Below, piece after piece: positions 1 through 9,950 of a stretch of DNA of 62,879 nucleotides. The notes beneath the pieces are model-generated. The model worked only from the letters and a program-made list of their open reading frames with translations. It was not told the DNA's origin and searched no databases. Position numbers and translations under genes: made by a program. This stretch comes from Thermoplasmata archaeon. GTDB lineage: Archaea; Thermoplasmatota; Thermoplasmata; Thermoplasmatales; ARK-15. Position 1 is the stretch's first letter, and every line of letters begins with the position of its first letter. Location of the stretch: positions 1 through 62,879 of the forward strand of contig JAVZSA010000004.1 in NCBI GenBank assembly GCA_038880255.1. The letters run 5' to 3'.

Positions 1-60
1 GCAAAATTACATGAACTTGAACTGGATGATATTGCAAATGAAATAGGAGCAGGTCATTGA
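1..60 (+). CDS. 3' end of a gene truncated by the window edge (AKLHELELDDIANEIGAGH*), possibly an aldehyde:ferredoxin oxidoreductase
   Basis: Open frame from base 1 to TGA 58-60, overlapping the convergent RaSEA stop. KLxELxL resembles the C-terminus of AOR/FOR enzymes, but only 19 aa are visible. Confidence 0.4.
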   Translation, partial: AKLHELELDDIANEIGAGH

Positions 61-1055
61 TCTCCTATTGTTGAAAAGGATAAATTTTCATATTTCAATA
101 TTTTTTCCCATTTTTTCTTACATATACAGTCTGGTATTGACTCCAAAATATTTGGATCTTGAGTAAATGAAAATTCTTCTATGGCCCTAATAGCAAAATC
201 ATCACATTCTTTACAGTTGTGCGGTCCTCTTATACTGCCAGGTGCAGTGGGAAATGATACTACCTTTTTTAGATGTGATGTTCTCTTAAGTACTTCAATT
301 ACACTCCAAAGCCAAGGAGGCCTATAATATCCTTCTATCCAAAGTTTTTCAACAAGCGTAAAATTTTGAACATTAACAGGATTCAGTGAAATTATATCAG
401 ATAAATTTGATGAAAATATTATTGAATTTATAGAATCTTCTATTGATTGTTTTTCTGTAAGAAACGGTGGTTTTAACAATATATATGTTTTAATTTGAAA
501 TCCCAATTCTTTCGCCAGATTTGCCCTCTCCAAATATAATGAAGGATTTAATCCTTTATTTATTGAATTTTTTAAAACATTTTCATTTTTACTTTCCAAG
601 CCTATAGCTATCATTATTTTATTCTCTTTTCCTTTGAATTTTTCGAGACTTTTTCTTGTTATAAACTCTGGCCTTGTTTCAACCAAAATTCTTTCAGCTT
701 GAGAAAAAGAATCTATAATTTTTAACTGAGTCTCCGCATCAATTTCATTTTCATCAAAAAAACTCCCAGAATTATAAATTTTTACAACTTTTTCACCTTT
801 ATATTTTTTCATTGCCATATTTACTTGATTCATAATATTTTCTCCACTCACATTCTGTGGATTTGTATCTGAAAAATATCCACACATAGAACATCCAGAA
901 TGATAAAACCAAAAACATCCTCTTGTTCTTAAAACCAAAACGAAAGAACTGGTCTTACCCTTATATGGTTCATATTCATTCCAGACCGCAACGTATTCAT
1001 TCGGTCTATCTTCTCTGATAACTCTTGATCTGATTCTTTTTATCTCATCTATCAT
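54..1055 (-). CDS. Archaeosine biosynthesis radical SAM protein RaSEA (TIGR01210-like)
   Basis: LRTRGCxW...GCSMCGY radical SAM motif, KIYNSGSFFD, ETRPEF, IGLES, YILLKPPFLTE, YRPPWLWS, RGPHNC. Confidence 0.88.
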   Translation of the reverse strand: MIDEIKRIRSRVIREDRPNEYVAVWNEYEPYKGKTSSFVLVLRTRGCFWFYHSGCSMCGYFSDTNPQNVSGENIMNQVNMAMKKYKGEKVVKIYNSGSFFDENEIDAETQLKIIDSFSQAERILVETRPEFITRKSLEKFKGKENKIMIAIGLESKNENVLKNSINKGLNPSLYLERANLAKELGFQIKTYILLKPPFLTEKQSIEDSINSIIFSSNLSDIISLNPVNVQNFTLVEKLWIEGYYRPPWLWSVIEVLKRTSHLKKVVSFPTAPGSIRGPHNCKECDDFAIRAIEEFSFTQDPNILESIPDCICKKKWEKILKYENLSFSTIGDQ

Positions 1056-3553
1056 TTACCCACTTTATCATAAAGTTCCATTAATTTTTTTCTTATTTCA
1101 TCTAATTCATTTCTAAGATTTTTAATTTCATCTTTTTCCTTAAGTCCCTTTGTAATATCATTAATTGTTTTTCTAATTGCTCTTTTTATATGTGCGTCCA
1201 ATTCTTGATTAAATACATTTTCTAATTCTCCTATTGCATCTGGAAGCCCAACATTATAAATTGCTTGAACAGCAGCTCTTCTAACTTGTAAGTATGGATC
1301 CCTTAAATATATATATAGCCAAGGTAAAACTTCCTTTTTTCCTTCACCAATTTTTCCAATTGCTAGAACTGAAGCTGCTCTGAGAAGAACATGTTTCCCT
1401 AATTTTGAATTTTCCAGAAGAATTCCGAATGATTTGAAATCCCCCAGTTCACCATATCCTTTAATCACACCTTGTCTTATTATCTCATTCCAAGATTCGA
1501 TTGATAGACCTTTATATAATATTTCATTACTTTTTTCGTGTTTTAATTTGCCTACGCTTTCAAAGGCCTTCGAAATTGGGTAATATTTTTTCTCATTTGA
1601 AATAATTTCTTCCAACGCCTCTAAAGCCTTTGAATTACCAGTATAATTACCAAATGCATCCGATAATGCACTTCTTATTCTAGAATCAACTATTCTATTT
1701 CTTAAAATCTCTTTTTTAATTTCTAATAGAGCATTTAGTGATTGTTCTGTCTTCATTTTTCCAAGAGATATTATTGCCTCTTTTCTTACAGCCCAGAATT
1801 TATCACTAAGTGAGATTTCTTTTAATATTGAAATTGCATTTAATCCACCTTTTTTACCAAGTGCAATTATGGCTTCAATTGCTTCCATAGGTGTTCCTTG
1901 CCTAATTTGTGTTATAAGCATAGATTCTGGTCTTTCAAATTTTAAATCCTTTAAAATTGTATTCTCAGGATCCAATGAAATTCCTTCAGGATATTCAATG
2001 TTGAAATCAAATTCCTGGATTCTTTCATTTACCCTTATTTCCTTTAACTCCCTTCTACCCTTAACATAGAATGCTATCTTCATTTTAAAATTAAAAACAT
2101 CAGGAATTTCTTTACCCTCCTGCTTTTGTTCAATCCTTAATTTTAGAATACCTTTTGAATAATCGTATTTGTATGATGCTTCTAAAATTGGATGACCTGC
2201 ATGAAAAATCCATTGATCGAAAAAGAAGTCCATAGATTTACCAGTATATTCCTTTAACAAATTAATAAAATCATATGTATCAATACTCCTTCCAGCATAT
2301 GTAATAAGATACTTATTTATAAATGACCAAAATGTATTTTCGCCTAGCTCATCCCTAAGCATATGCAATACCCTCGATGCTTTCTCATAAAGATGTCGAT
2401 CGAAAAGTTCACCTGGATATTCATAAACATTTGTAACTATTGGTCTAGCATATTCAGTAGAAAATTCATTTTTATAGTTCAGTTCATCTAAATAAAGTTG
2501 ATATAGAAAATCATCGTGACCTAGAAAATGCTCAAAATAAACAGCGTTCATATATGTGGCAAATCCCTCATTCAACCATGCATGGGACCAATCTCTACAT
2601 GTAATTAAATCACCAAACCATTGATGGGCTAATTCATGTGAGACCAGGCCTTCACTCATATAATCATTATGTATTTTATCATCATGGAGAGTAAATTCTG
2701 TTAATGTGGTGGAATTTAAATTTTCCATACCTCCAAATATGAAATCATTTACAACGGTCTGTGAATATTTTTTATATGGGTAAGGATAATTCAAAAGTCT
2801 ATTAAAATACCTTATCATATCTGGAGTATTTACAAAACTTCTAGGAATCAAATTTTCTTTTCCTTCAGGTACTGCATATTGAACCTTAACACCATCTATT
2901 TCATCTTCATAAATGTAAAATTTTCCCGCAACAATAGAAATTAAATAAATTGGATGGGGAAAATCTTCCTTCCAATGCATTATTCTATTTCCATCAATTT
3001 TTTCATCCTTTATCAAGATACCATTTGATATAGAATTGAATCCTTCCGGCAATACAATTTTAATTTCAGTTGTTGTTCTTTCATTAGGATAATCATAACA
3101 AGGTAACCAATATCTTGTATCTTCATCCTCTCCTTGTGACCATAGTTGTACAGGTTTCTCAGGATAATATTCATCTGGGCCTATAAAAAATATTCCCCTC
3201 CTTGGTTTTGTAGAATATTTTATTTTTATTTTTACTTCATCACCTTTATTTATGGTTTTATCAAGTTTAATCACTATTGTTTTACCATCGTAAATAAAAT
3301 TACAATTTTTTTCATCAACAAAGATTTCCTGAATATTCATTTCATACGCATCAAGTTGTATTAAATCCAAATTTTCAAAAATTGCTTTCAATTTTATTTC
3401 CTCAATAGCATAAAATTCTTTTTTCTCAAAGTTTGGATATAATTCAACGCTTATATGTTCTTGCCTAAATGATCTATCCCTTTCATATCTCTTTTTATAA
3501 TAGGGGAATGGAAATGGTTTGTATTCTTCTTCAAATTCATATTTCATAAACAA
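1052..3553 (-). CDS. M1-family aminopeptidase with C-terminal HEAT repeats and coiled-coil tail
   Basis: GGMEN exopeptidase motif, HELAHQWFG...WLNEGFA zinc motif, HEAT-like repeats (VRKEAIISLG, VRRAAVQAI). Confidence 0.92.
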   Translation of the reverse strand: MFMKYEFEEEYKPFPFPYYKKRYERDRSFRQEHISVELYPNFEKKEFYAIEEIKLKAIFENLDLIQLDAYEMNIQEIFVDEKNCNFIYDGKTIVIKLDKTINKGDEVKIKIKYSTKPRRGIFFIGPDEYYPEKPVQLWSQGEDEDTRYWLPCYDYPNERTTTEIKIVLPEGFNSISNGILIKDEKIDGNRIMHWKEDFPHPIYLISIVAGKFYIYEDEIDGVKVQYAVPEGKENLIPRSFVNTPDMIRYFNRLLNYPYPYKKYSQTVVNDFIFGGMENLNSTTLTEFTLHDDKIHNDYMSEGLVSHELAHQWFGDLITCRDWSHAWLNEGFATYMNAVYFEHFLGHDDFLYQLYLDELNYKNEFSTEYARPIVTNVYEYPGELFDRHLYEKASRVLHMLRDELGENTFWSFINKYLITYAGRSIDTYDFINLLKEYTGKSMDFFFDQWIFHAGHPILEASYKYDYSKGILKLRIEQKQEGKEIPDVFNFKMKIAFYVKGRRELKEIRVNERIQEFDFNIEYPEGISLDPENTILKDLKFERPESMLITQIRQGTPMEAIEAIIALGKKGGLNAISILKEISLSDKFWAVRKEAIISLGKMKTEQSLNALLEIKKEILRNRIVDSRIRSALSDAFGNYTGNSKALEALEEIISNEKKYYPISKAFESVGKLKHEKSNEILYKGLSIESWNEIIRQGVIKGYGELGDFKSFGILLENSKLGKHVLLRAASVLAIGKIGEGKKEVLPWLYIYLRDPYLQVRRAAVQAIYNVGLPDAIGELENVFNQELDAHIKRAIRKTINDITKGLKEKDEIKNLRNELDEIRKKLMELYDKVGK

Positions 3554-3576
3554 AGATAAAGAAGAAATAATATTTA

Positions 3577-3879
3577 TTATTTATTGATTTTTTGCAACGC
3601 ATAATGCCTAGCATATATGATAAGATCTGCTACATTAATACCAGTTGGGCATTCAGCCAAACATCTCATACAGGTGTTACAAGTATAAAGAGAATCAAGA
3701 GCGTCATTTAAATTTACACCTTCATTGAAAAAAGATCTAATTAGAGTTACTCTTGCCCTTGGTGAATAATATTCTATCTTTCCATGAGCATTCCAACTTG
3801 GACAAACATAAACGCAAAAACCACATCTTATACATTTTTGACTTTCATTCATTAATATCTCAGTTACATCCATGTTCAA
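3577..3879 (-). CDS. 2x[4Fe-4S] dicluster protein (GlcF N-terminal/HdrC-like)
   Basis: CIRCGFCVYVCP and CNTCMRCLAECP; SPRAR motif typical of GlcF. Confidence 0.88.
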   Translation of the reverse strand: MNMDVTEILMNESQKCIRCGFCVYVCPSWNAHGKIEYYSPRARVTLIRSFFNEGVNLNDALDSLYTCNTCMRCLAECPTGINVADLIIYARHYALQKINK

Positions 3880-4943
3880 CCACCGCCATTCAATATTTCC
3901 ACTATATCTTTGATCTCAGCATCGCTCTTCATAAAATAGTTACCTACCCTAAATAACATAATACATGCTGGACAGGAAGTAACTACATTTTTTTCACCGG
4001 TTGAAAGTAATTCTCTTAATCTTATTTGGGATTGATTTACTGAACCAACAGGATCTTGATATTCTGTTGCACCTCCATCACATCTCGTTTTTTCTCTATT
4101 ATTTGGTGGATCAATAACAATATAACCTGCACTCTTCATGAGTATCCTTGGCTCTTCAGTTAATTTCCAATGCCTTGCTAAAAAGCAAGGATCATGATAA
4201 ACTACACTTCCCATATTTATATTCTTTTGATTTGGTTTTATTATTTCAACAATATGTTTTACCTCAATGTTAAAATCCTTTACGAATGTGGGATAGAACG
4301 ATTTAAATACTATTCCGGAAATAGGATCCATGGTAATTATCCTTTTAACTCCAAAGGACTTGAATTTTTCATTTACCATTTTAGCGTGTTCAGAAAATTC
4401 ATTAAGGTAACCAAATGTATGAAGGACCACCCCAGAATCTGGTTCTTCTCCACCTAAATATGCAAAATCATCAACATTCTTTTTTAAAATATTTACACCA
4501 CTTTTAAGGATCTCTTTATAAATTGAAACCCTTTCATCAACACCTGATGCAATTTCTCTTAATTGTTTTAATATATCTGAGGTAATGCCTGCAATACTAC
4601 CTAAGCGTGCCACTGGAGATTTTATGATCCTTATAAGATCAATCATATTTTTTTCATAACCTAAATATTTCGCTTTTTCCAACCAATTTAATAATGTTGA
4701 GAATTCAAGATTATTCTTTTTCATAACATATTCAAGCATAAGAGCAGTTTCTGCATAACCCATATATGGATACATTCCTGCATAAAATATTGTTTCTGAT
4801 CTATTTTTTAAATTCAATCCTATACTCCATGAGGAAAGCTCTTTGGGGTTTAGGCCTGCAGGATTACCATATTTTAATTGTGTTTCTTTTACAAATTTGG
4901 CTATAGCTAATATGTCCTCCGGTTTATTAATCATTTTTTTCAC
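3876..4943 (-). CDS. CCG-domain Fe-S protein (GlcF C-terminal/HdrB-D-like)
   Basis: YHDPCFLAR, TRCDGG and VVTSCPAC; coupled between the FAD oxidase and the ferredoxin-like gene. Confidence 0.82.
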   Translation of the reverse strand: MKKMINKPEDILAIAKFVKETQLKYGNPAGLNPKELSSWSIGLNLKNRSETIFYAGMYPYMGYAETALMLEYVMKKNNLEFSTLLNWLEKAKYLGYEKNMIDLIRIIKSPVARLGSIAGITSDILKQLREIASGVDERVSIYKEILKSGVNILKKNVDDFAYLGGEEPDSGVVLHTFGYLNEFSEHAKMVNEKFKSFGVKRIITMDPISGIVFKSFYPTFVKDFNIEVKHIVEIIKPNQKNINMGSVVYHDPCFLARHWKLTEEPRILMKSAGYIVIDPPNNREKTRCDGGATEYQDPVGSVNQSQIRLRELLSTGEKNVVTSCPACIMLFRVGNYFMKSDAEIKDIVEILNGGG

Positions 4944-6328
4944 CCCAGCGCATATTTATCCGGATTTAATATGTTCTTTGGATCAAAAATTTTCTTTATT
5001 TCTTTCATAAGATTGAACATCGGTATTTGATTTCTTACTTCAAACTGTTTTAAAAGTACCTCTTCCTTAAGTTTTCCTATGCCATGCTCAGCTGAAACAG
5101 TTCCACCAAGTTCTATTGCAAGAAGATTTATTTCATAAGCAGCCTTTTCCGCCCTTTCCCATTCATCCTTATTTTTTGGATCGGCACCTATATTAGGATG
5201 AAGATTTCCATCCCCAGCATGTCCAACTGTAGCAATAAAAATGTTATATTTTTTCCTAATATTGTCTATACCAATTAATGCCTCTTTTATTTTTGAAAGT
5301 GGAACGGCAATGTCCCCATCAATAAAGCCAGGATATAATCGACCCGGTGCGGTAAAGGCTACCCTTCTTACATCCATTATTCTTTCCATTTCTGCAGGAG
5401 TTTCTGGTCTTATAATATTAGCAGCATTGGTTTCTTGCATTATTTTCATTACTCTTTCAGCTACTGGTTCTGTACCATTCTTTGTTCCATCAACATCAAC
5501 CAAAACCATACCTCCAGGCAATTCTGGATAATTATAACCCTTTACTTTATTTGCTGCCATTACTCCTTGAAGATCAGAAAACTCCAAAATTAAAGGATTT
5601 ATACCTTCCCTTCTGATTCTAAAAATTGCTTCACCCGCATCATCTAATGTATTAAAAAAGCCTGCTATTCTAACAATTTTTTCAGGTAATGGCATAATTT
5701 TCAACCAAGCTTTTGTAATAATTGCCAAGGTTCCTTCACTACCGATTATTAAACCCAACAAATCATAACCTGCTCTATTTTTATAAGTACTCTCCCCGAA
5801 ATACGTGATAGTACCATCTGATAATACTACCTCGATTTTAAGTACCCAATCCCTCATAACACCATATCTAGCACCCCTCATTCCACCTGCATTTTCAGCT
5901 AAAGCCCCACCAATTGTAGCTACTCTAGCACTTGCAGGATCCGGTGGAAAGAAAAATCCATATTTTTTGCATTCATTGTCCACATCCAAGACAGTGGCAC
6001 CTACTTCAGCTTCAACAATACCATCGTCAATATTCACATTTATTTTATCCAATGCACGAAGATCCAATATTATGCCTCCCTTAGTTGGTGCAACCGCACC
6101 TGTAACACTTGATCCACTTCCCCTTGTAACAACAGGAATTGAATATTTGAAAGCAATTTTCATTACTTCAGATACTTGTTTTCTTTCAGTTATATGGACT
6201 ATTGCATCTGGAATTCCTTTATGTGAATCAACTGCTCCATATTCAAAAATCTTAATGTTTGCTTCATCAACAATTAAATTTTCTTCCCCCACTACTTTTT
6301 TAATCTCTTCCAAAATTCTTTTATCCAT
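4940..6328 (-). CDS. glcD: FAD-linked oxidase, GlcD/D-lactate dehydrogenase family
   Basis: RGSGSSVTG, FFPPDPAS, TIGGALAENAGG, GSEGTL, GHAGDGNLH, SAEHGIG, FDPKNILNP. Confidence 0.9.
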   Translation of the reverse strand: MDKRILEEIKKVVGEENLIVDEANIKIFEYGAVDSHKGIPDAIVHITERKQVSEVMKIAFKYSIPVVTRGSGSSVTGAVAPTKGGIILDLRALDKINVNIDDGIVEAEVGATVLDVDNECKKYGFFFPPDPASARVATIGGALAENAGGMRGARYGVMRDWVLKIEVVLSDGTITYFGESTYKNRAGYDLLGLIIGSEGTLAIITKAWLKIMPLPEKIVRIAGFFNTLDDAGEAIFRIRREGINPLILEFSDLQGVMAANKVKGYNYPELPGGMVLVDVDGTKNGTEPVAERVMKIMQETNAANIIRPETPAEMERIMDVRRVAFTAPGRLYPGFIDGDIAVPLSKIKEALIGIDNIRKKYNIFIATVGHAGDGNLHPNIGADPKNKDEWERAEKAAYEINLLAIELGGTVSAEHGIGKLKEEVLLKQFEVRNQIPMFNLMKEIKKIFDPKNILNPDKYALG

Positions 6329-6492
6329 ATCATTAATAAATAATTACTATTATTTATTGTTTTTTAATTATTAATATAAGAAAAAATTCCAATGAATAAT
6401 ATAATTTTTAGTAAAAAATTCAATTTTATATTAAAAAAATCAAAAAATATATATATACAAATTCTGTTCATTTTTTTAAAGAAGGTGAATAT

Positions 6493-8094
6493 ATGTTTAC
6501 ACAGGTTTTGAATCCTTTTGGTAATCTTATAGTGACTATGCTTATAGCACTGGTGCCTATCATTGTTGTTCTGGGCCTTCTTGCAGGTCTAAGGTTATCT
6601 GCTTGGATTACAGCAATAATTTCATCAATAGTAACATTTCTTGTCGCTCTCCTATGGGGTGCGCCTGTAAACAATCTATTCAATGCATATATCTTTGGTT
6701 TGGCATCCGGTTTTTGGTTAATAGACTGGATAGTAATTTGGGGTATAATAATCCTGAATACTTTAATTGCGAGTGGCCATTTTGATAAATTTAAGGAATG
6801 GTTAATACATTCAGCCACTCGAGATGTGAGAATACAGGCAATACTTATTGCATGGTCTTTTGGAGCATTACTTGAAGGCCTTGTTGGTTTTGGTGCACCT
6901 TGGGCATATGTTGTTCCAATACTGATTAGTTTGGGAGTAGTAGATTTGGAAGCTATTAGAGTGTCAGCACTAGCAAACAATGCCCCAGTTTCGTTTGGTG
7001 CTCTCGGAGTCCCTATAGTGATGCTAGCTGCAGTAACTGGTTTACCATTATACAATCTTTCTGCAAGTGTAGGAAGGATTGTGGCGCTTCTGGCATTTTT
7101 CCCACCATGGATATTAATATACCTTGTATCGGGTAAAGAAGGATTAAAGGAATCATGGCCTTTAGCAATTGTTGGATCATTAAGTTATATACTAGGACAA
7201 TTTCCAATATCAAATTATGTAGGTCCATATTTACCCGATATAGTAGGTTCACTTACATCTTTTGCAATAATTTTAGCATTTGTTCATTTTTGGAAACCTA
7301 AACATATTAGGGGTTTTGGAGGAAAAATACTCGAGGAAACTGAACTAAGGAGTAGTGAAATAAAATTTACAGCAAAACAGGTAGCTTGGCTATTTTTACC
7401 ATTTATTATCCTAATAATAGTGGTAGTTTTAGGAACAGGTCCATGGTCCCCTCTTCCAAAAATAATTTTGAAAGAATTTTCTGTGACGGCAATATCTTCA
7501 GTTTCGCATAAGGTAATGTCAGTTGCCTATTCATTTTCTCCTTTTGCAGGAGGTACATTTATTTTAATATCATGGTTAATAATACTATTATTTTTCAGAC
7601 CTGATAAGAAAAAGTTTGCGGAAGCTATGAAAAAATCATTTAACCAACTGTGGGGTGCAATAATAACTGGTATGTTTATGGTGGCATTGGCCAATACTTT
7701 CAATTATTCTGGAATGGCCAGTTCTCTTGCGTATTCCTTTTCACGGGTAGGATGGATATTTATAATTCTTGCACCAGTACTTGGATGGATTGGTGTAGCA
7801 TTATCTGGAAGTAATACATCATCAAATGCAATGTTTGGATATCTACAGTATTCAGTTGGGAGAATTCTTGGATTTCCACCATACCTTTTACCGTCACTTG
7901 GATCTGTGGGTGCAGAAATAGGTAAACCTGTTGCTCCACAAACAGCCAGTGTGGGTGTATCTACTTCAAAATATCTAAGAAAGGAAGGTGATGTAATCAG
8001 GCATAATATGGGTTGGACTCTAATAGTCCTATTTTACTTGATAATAGTGGGGGTATTATTCTTAGTTTTTATGCCCTGGGCAATGCAATTCTAA
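6493..8094 (+). CDS. lctP: L-lactate permease (LctP family)
   Basis: Polytopic membrane protein with FGALLEGLVGFG, ANNAPVSFGALG and LSGSNTSSNAMF; GGTGA SD upstream. Confidence 0.92.
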   Translation: MFTQVLNPFGNLIVTMLIALVPIIVVLGLLAGLRLSAWITAIISSIVTFLVALLWGAPVNNLFNAYIFGLASGFWLIDWIVIWGIIILNTLIASGHFDKFKEWLIHSATRDVRIQAILIAWSFGALLEGLVGFGAPWAYVVPILISLGVVDLEAIRVSALANNAPVSFGALGVPIVMLAAVTGLPLYNLSASVGRIVALLAFFPPWILIYLVSGKEGLKESWPLAIVGSLSYILGQFPISNYVGPYLPDIVGSLTSFAIILAFVHFWKPKHIRGFGGKILEETELRSSEIKFTAKQVAWLFLPFIILIIVVVLGTGPWSPLPKIILKEFSVTAISSVSHKVMSVAYSFSPFAGGTFILISWLIILLFFRPDKKKFAEAMKKSFNQLWGAIITGMFMVALANTFNYSGMASSLAYSFSRVGWIFIILAPVLGWIGVALSGSNTSSNAMFGYLQYSVGRILGFPPYLLPSLGSVGAEIGKPVAPQTASVGVSTSKYLRKEGDVIRHNMGWTLIVLFYLIIVGVLFLVFMPWAMQF

Positions 8095-9212
8095 AATCCT
8101 TTTTTTATTTTTATTATTAATTCAGGTATATCAATTTCCATTGGACAAACTTCCTTGCATCTTCCACATTGGAGGCAATAATAGGATAATTCTTTAGCCA
8201 TTTTTACATTACCTGTTAAAGCAGTCCACGGTATACCTATTGCTGCAGTATAAATATAGCCCCAAACACCATCAATTTCATAAAATATTGGGCATGATAG
8301 TTGACAAGATCCACATTTTATGCAAAATAATGTTTCTTTAAGAAAATCATCTCTCGTTCTTCCATTGTCCATTAATATTATATAAATTTCTTTAGGCCCA
8401 AATTTATGACCTGTTCCATTTATTATATGAATATAGGAAGTATTTTTAAAACCTGCATATACTGTTTGGATAATGCAAGCTTTTAATGCATCCTCAAGAC
8501 TAGGATAAATCTTTTCAATTGATGTAATTACTATTAATTTATTTGGCAGTATGGATGAAAGCGCTCCATTACCTTCATTGGTAATAAAAATTATATCCCC
8601 ATCCAAAGACAGAGCATTTGCTCCTATAATTCCAACATCAGCTTCAAAAAATTTTTCTCGCATAAATTTTCTTACTGCCAGTACCATAGAGGTAACATCA
8701 TTCATTTTTTCATTGATTACTTTTCCTAAAACTTCTCTAGCCTTTTTTTCAGTCATATTTACTGCAGGTGTTACCATATGAGCAGGTTTTCCATTAATCA
8801 ATTGAACAAGAAATTCGCCAAGATCTGTTTCATATACTTTTTTTCCTAATGATTCTAAAAATTGTCTAAGTTCGATCTCCTCTCCAACAAGACTTTTGCT
8901 TTTTACTATAATTTTCGAATCTTTTGTGATTTCTTCAATAAATTTCTTTACATCCGCATATGATTTTGCATAAAACAAATGCTTAACATTAGTTTCGAAA
9001 GATTTTTTAAAAATTTCCAAATTTCCTGGTATATTTTTTAGCATATTCTCCTTTATTTTTTTAATTTCCACTTTCCATTCCTTTACATATGGATGTCTTT
9101 CTATACTTTCAATTCTATTTTTTAATTCATCTTTTGTTGCTTCTTTTGATCCTTTTCTCAAATCGTAATCCTTCAATGCATACAATATTTTATTATGTAT
9201 TTGATTGTACAT
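8091..9212 (-). CDS. lutB: Lactate utilization protein B (LutB/LldF; LUD plus Fe-S domains)
   Basis: VKSKSLVGEEI, ETDLGEF, HMVTPA, TNEGNG, MDNGR, CIKCGSCQLSCP, CLQCGRCKEVCP. Confidence 0.88.
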   Translation of the reverse strand: MYNQIHNKILYALKDYDLRKGSKEATKDELKNRIESIERHPYVKEWKVEIKKIKENMLKNIPGNLEIFKKSFETNVKHLFYAKSYADVKKFIEEITKDSKIIVKSKSLVGEEIELRQFLESLGKKVYETDLGEFLVQLINGKPAHMVTPAVNMTEKKAREVLGKVINEKMNDVTSMVLAVRKFMREKFFEADVGIIGANALSLDGDIIFITNEGNGALSSILPNKLIVITSIEKIYPSLEDALKACIIQTVYAGFKNTSYIHIINGTGHKFGPKEIYIILMDNGRTRDDFLKETLFCIKCGSCQLSCPIFYEIDGVWGYIYTAAIGIPWTALTGNVKMAKELSYYCLQCGRCKEVCPMEIDIPELIIKIKKGF

Positions 9213-9215
9213 AAT

Positions 9216-9752
9216 TTATCTTAAAACTATAACATGAAATTCCTTTGGTCCGTGAGAGGGTCTCACTATCTTTTTTTCAATATCACCTGTTTTACTTGGC
9301 CCTTGAATTATCTGTATAACATTTGGTTTTTTTCCTAATGTTTTTAATATATGATGAATAGCATCAAATAGGGTAGGGAAAATAACATCCTTTGAGGAAA
9401 TTGCTATATGTATTTCAGGTAGAAAGGATGAATAACTTTTTAAATAATTCTCGTCAGCAATTATTATAGAACCAGATTCTGCTGCAGCAGCATCCACACC
9501 AGTAATTCCTATTTTAATATTTTTTAAGAGATTTTTTAAATTATTTTCATCAATCATATAATCCAAATAATAACCCTTTGAAGGTAATCTTTCTAACATT
9601 AATCTTAAATCATTTTCTAAACCAGCTACCATAAAATCATTGGTACCAATTATTTCTTCAATTTCATAATTAAGGGAATTTTTATCAATAAAATGGAAAA
9701 TTCCACCATTCTCTTCCAGTGAGATTTTAAATTGTTCCAAAATATTTTCCAT
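9216..9752 (-). CDS. lutC: Lactate utilization protein C (LutC/LUD domain)
   Basis: GITGVDAAAAESGS, LPEIHIA, GPSKTGDIEK, HGP. Confidence 0.88.
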   Translation of the reverse strand: MENILEQFKISLEENGGIFHFIDKNSLNYEIEEIIGTNDFMVAGLENDLRLMLERLPSKGYYLDYMIDENNLKNLLKNIKIGITGVDAAAAESGSIIIADENYLKSYSSFLPEIHIAISSKDVIFPTLFDAIHHILKTLGKKPNVIQIIQGPSKTGDIEKKIVRPSHGPKEFHVIVLR

Positions 9753-9900
9753 AGTTGGAAAAAATCATAACCTAATTAATAAAATTTTCTATATTCAATT
9801 ATTATAAAATATTATTGTAAATCATCTCAACTAATATCTTTGATTTTTTTAAATACGTTTATAGATGATATAAATTAATAAAACAATCGTTAATTTAGAT

Positions 9901-9944
9901 AAAGATTTAAATATTGTTAAAAATTTAGGATTTAGAGATGGTGA
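9901..9944 (+). promoter_or_regulatory. Putative BRE/TATA promoter and SD of rps15
   Basis: AAAG-A-TTTAAATA at 9901-9913 and GGTGA at 9940-9944, 6 nt before the ATG. Confidence 0.5.
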
Positions 9945-9950
9945 ATTAAA

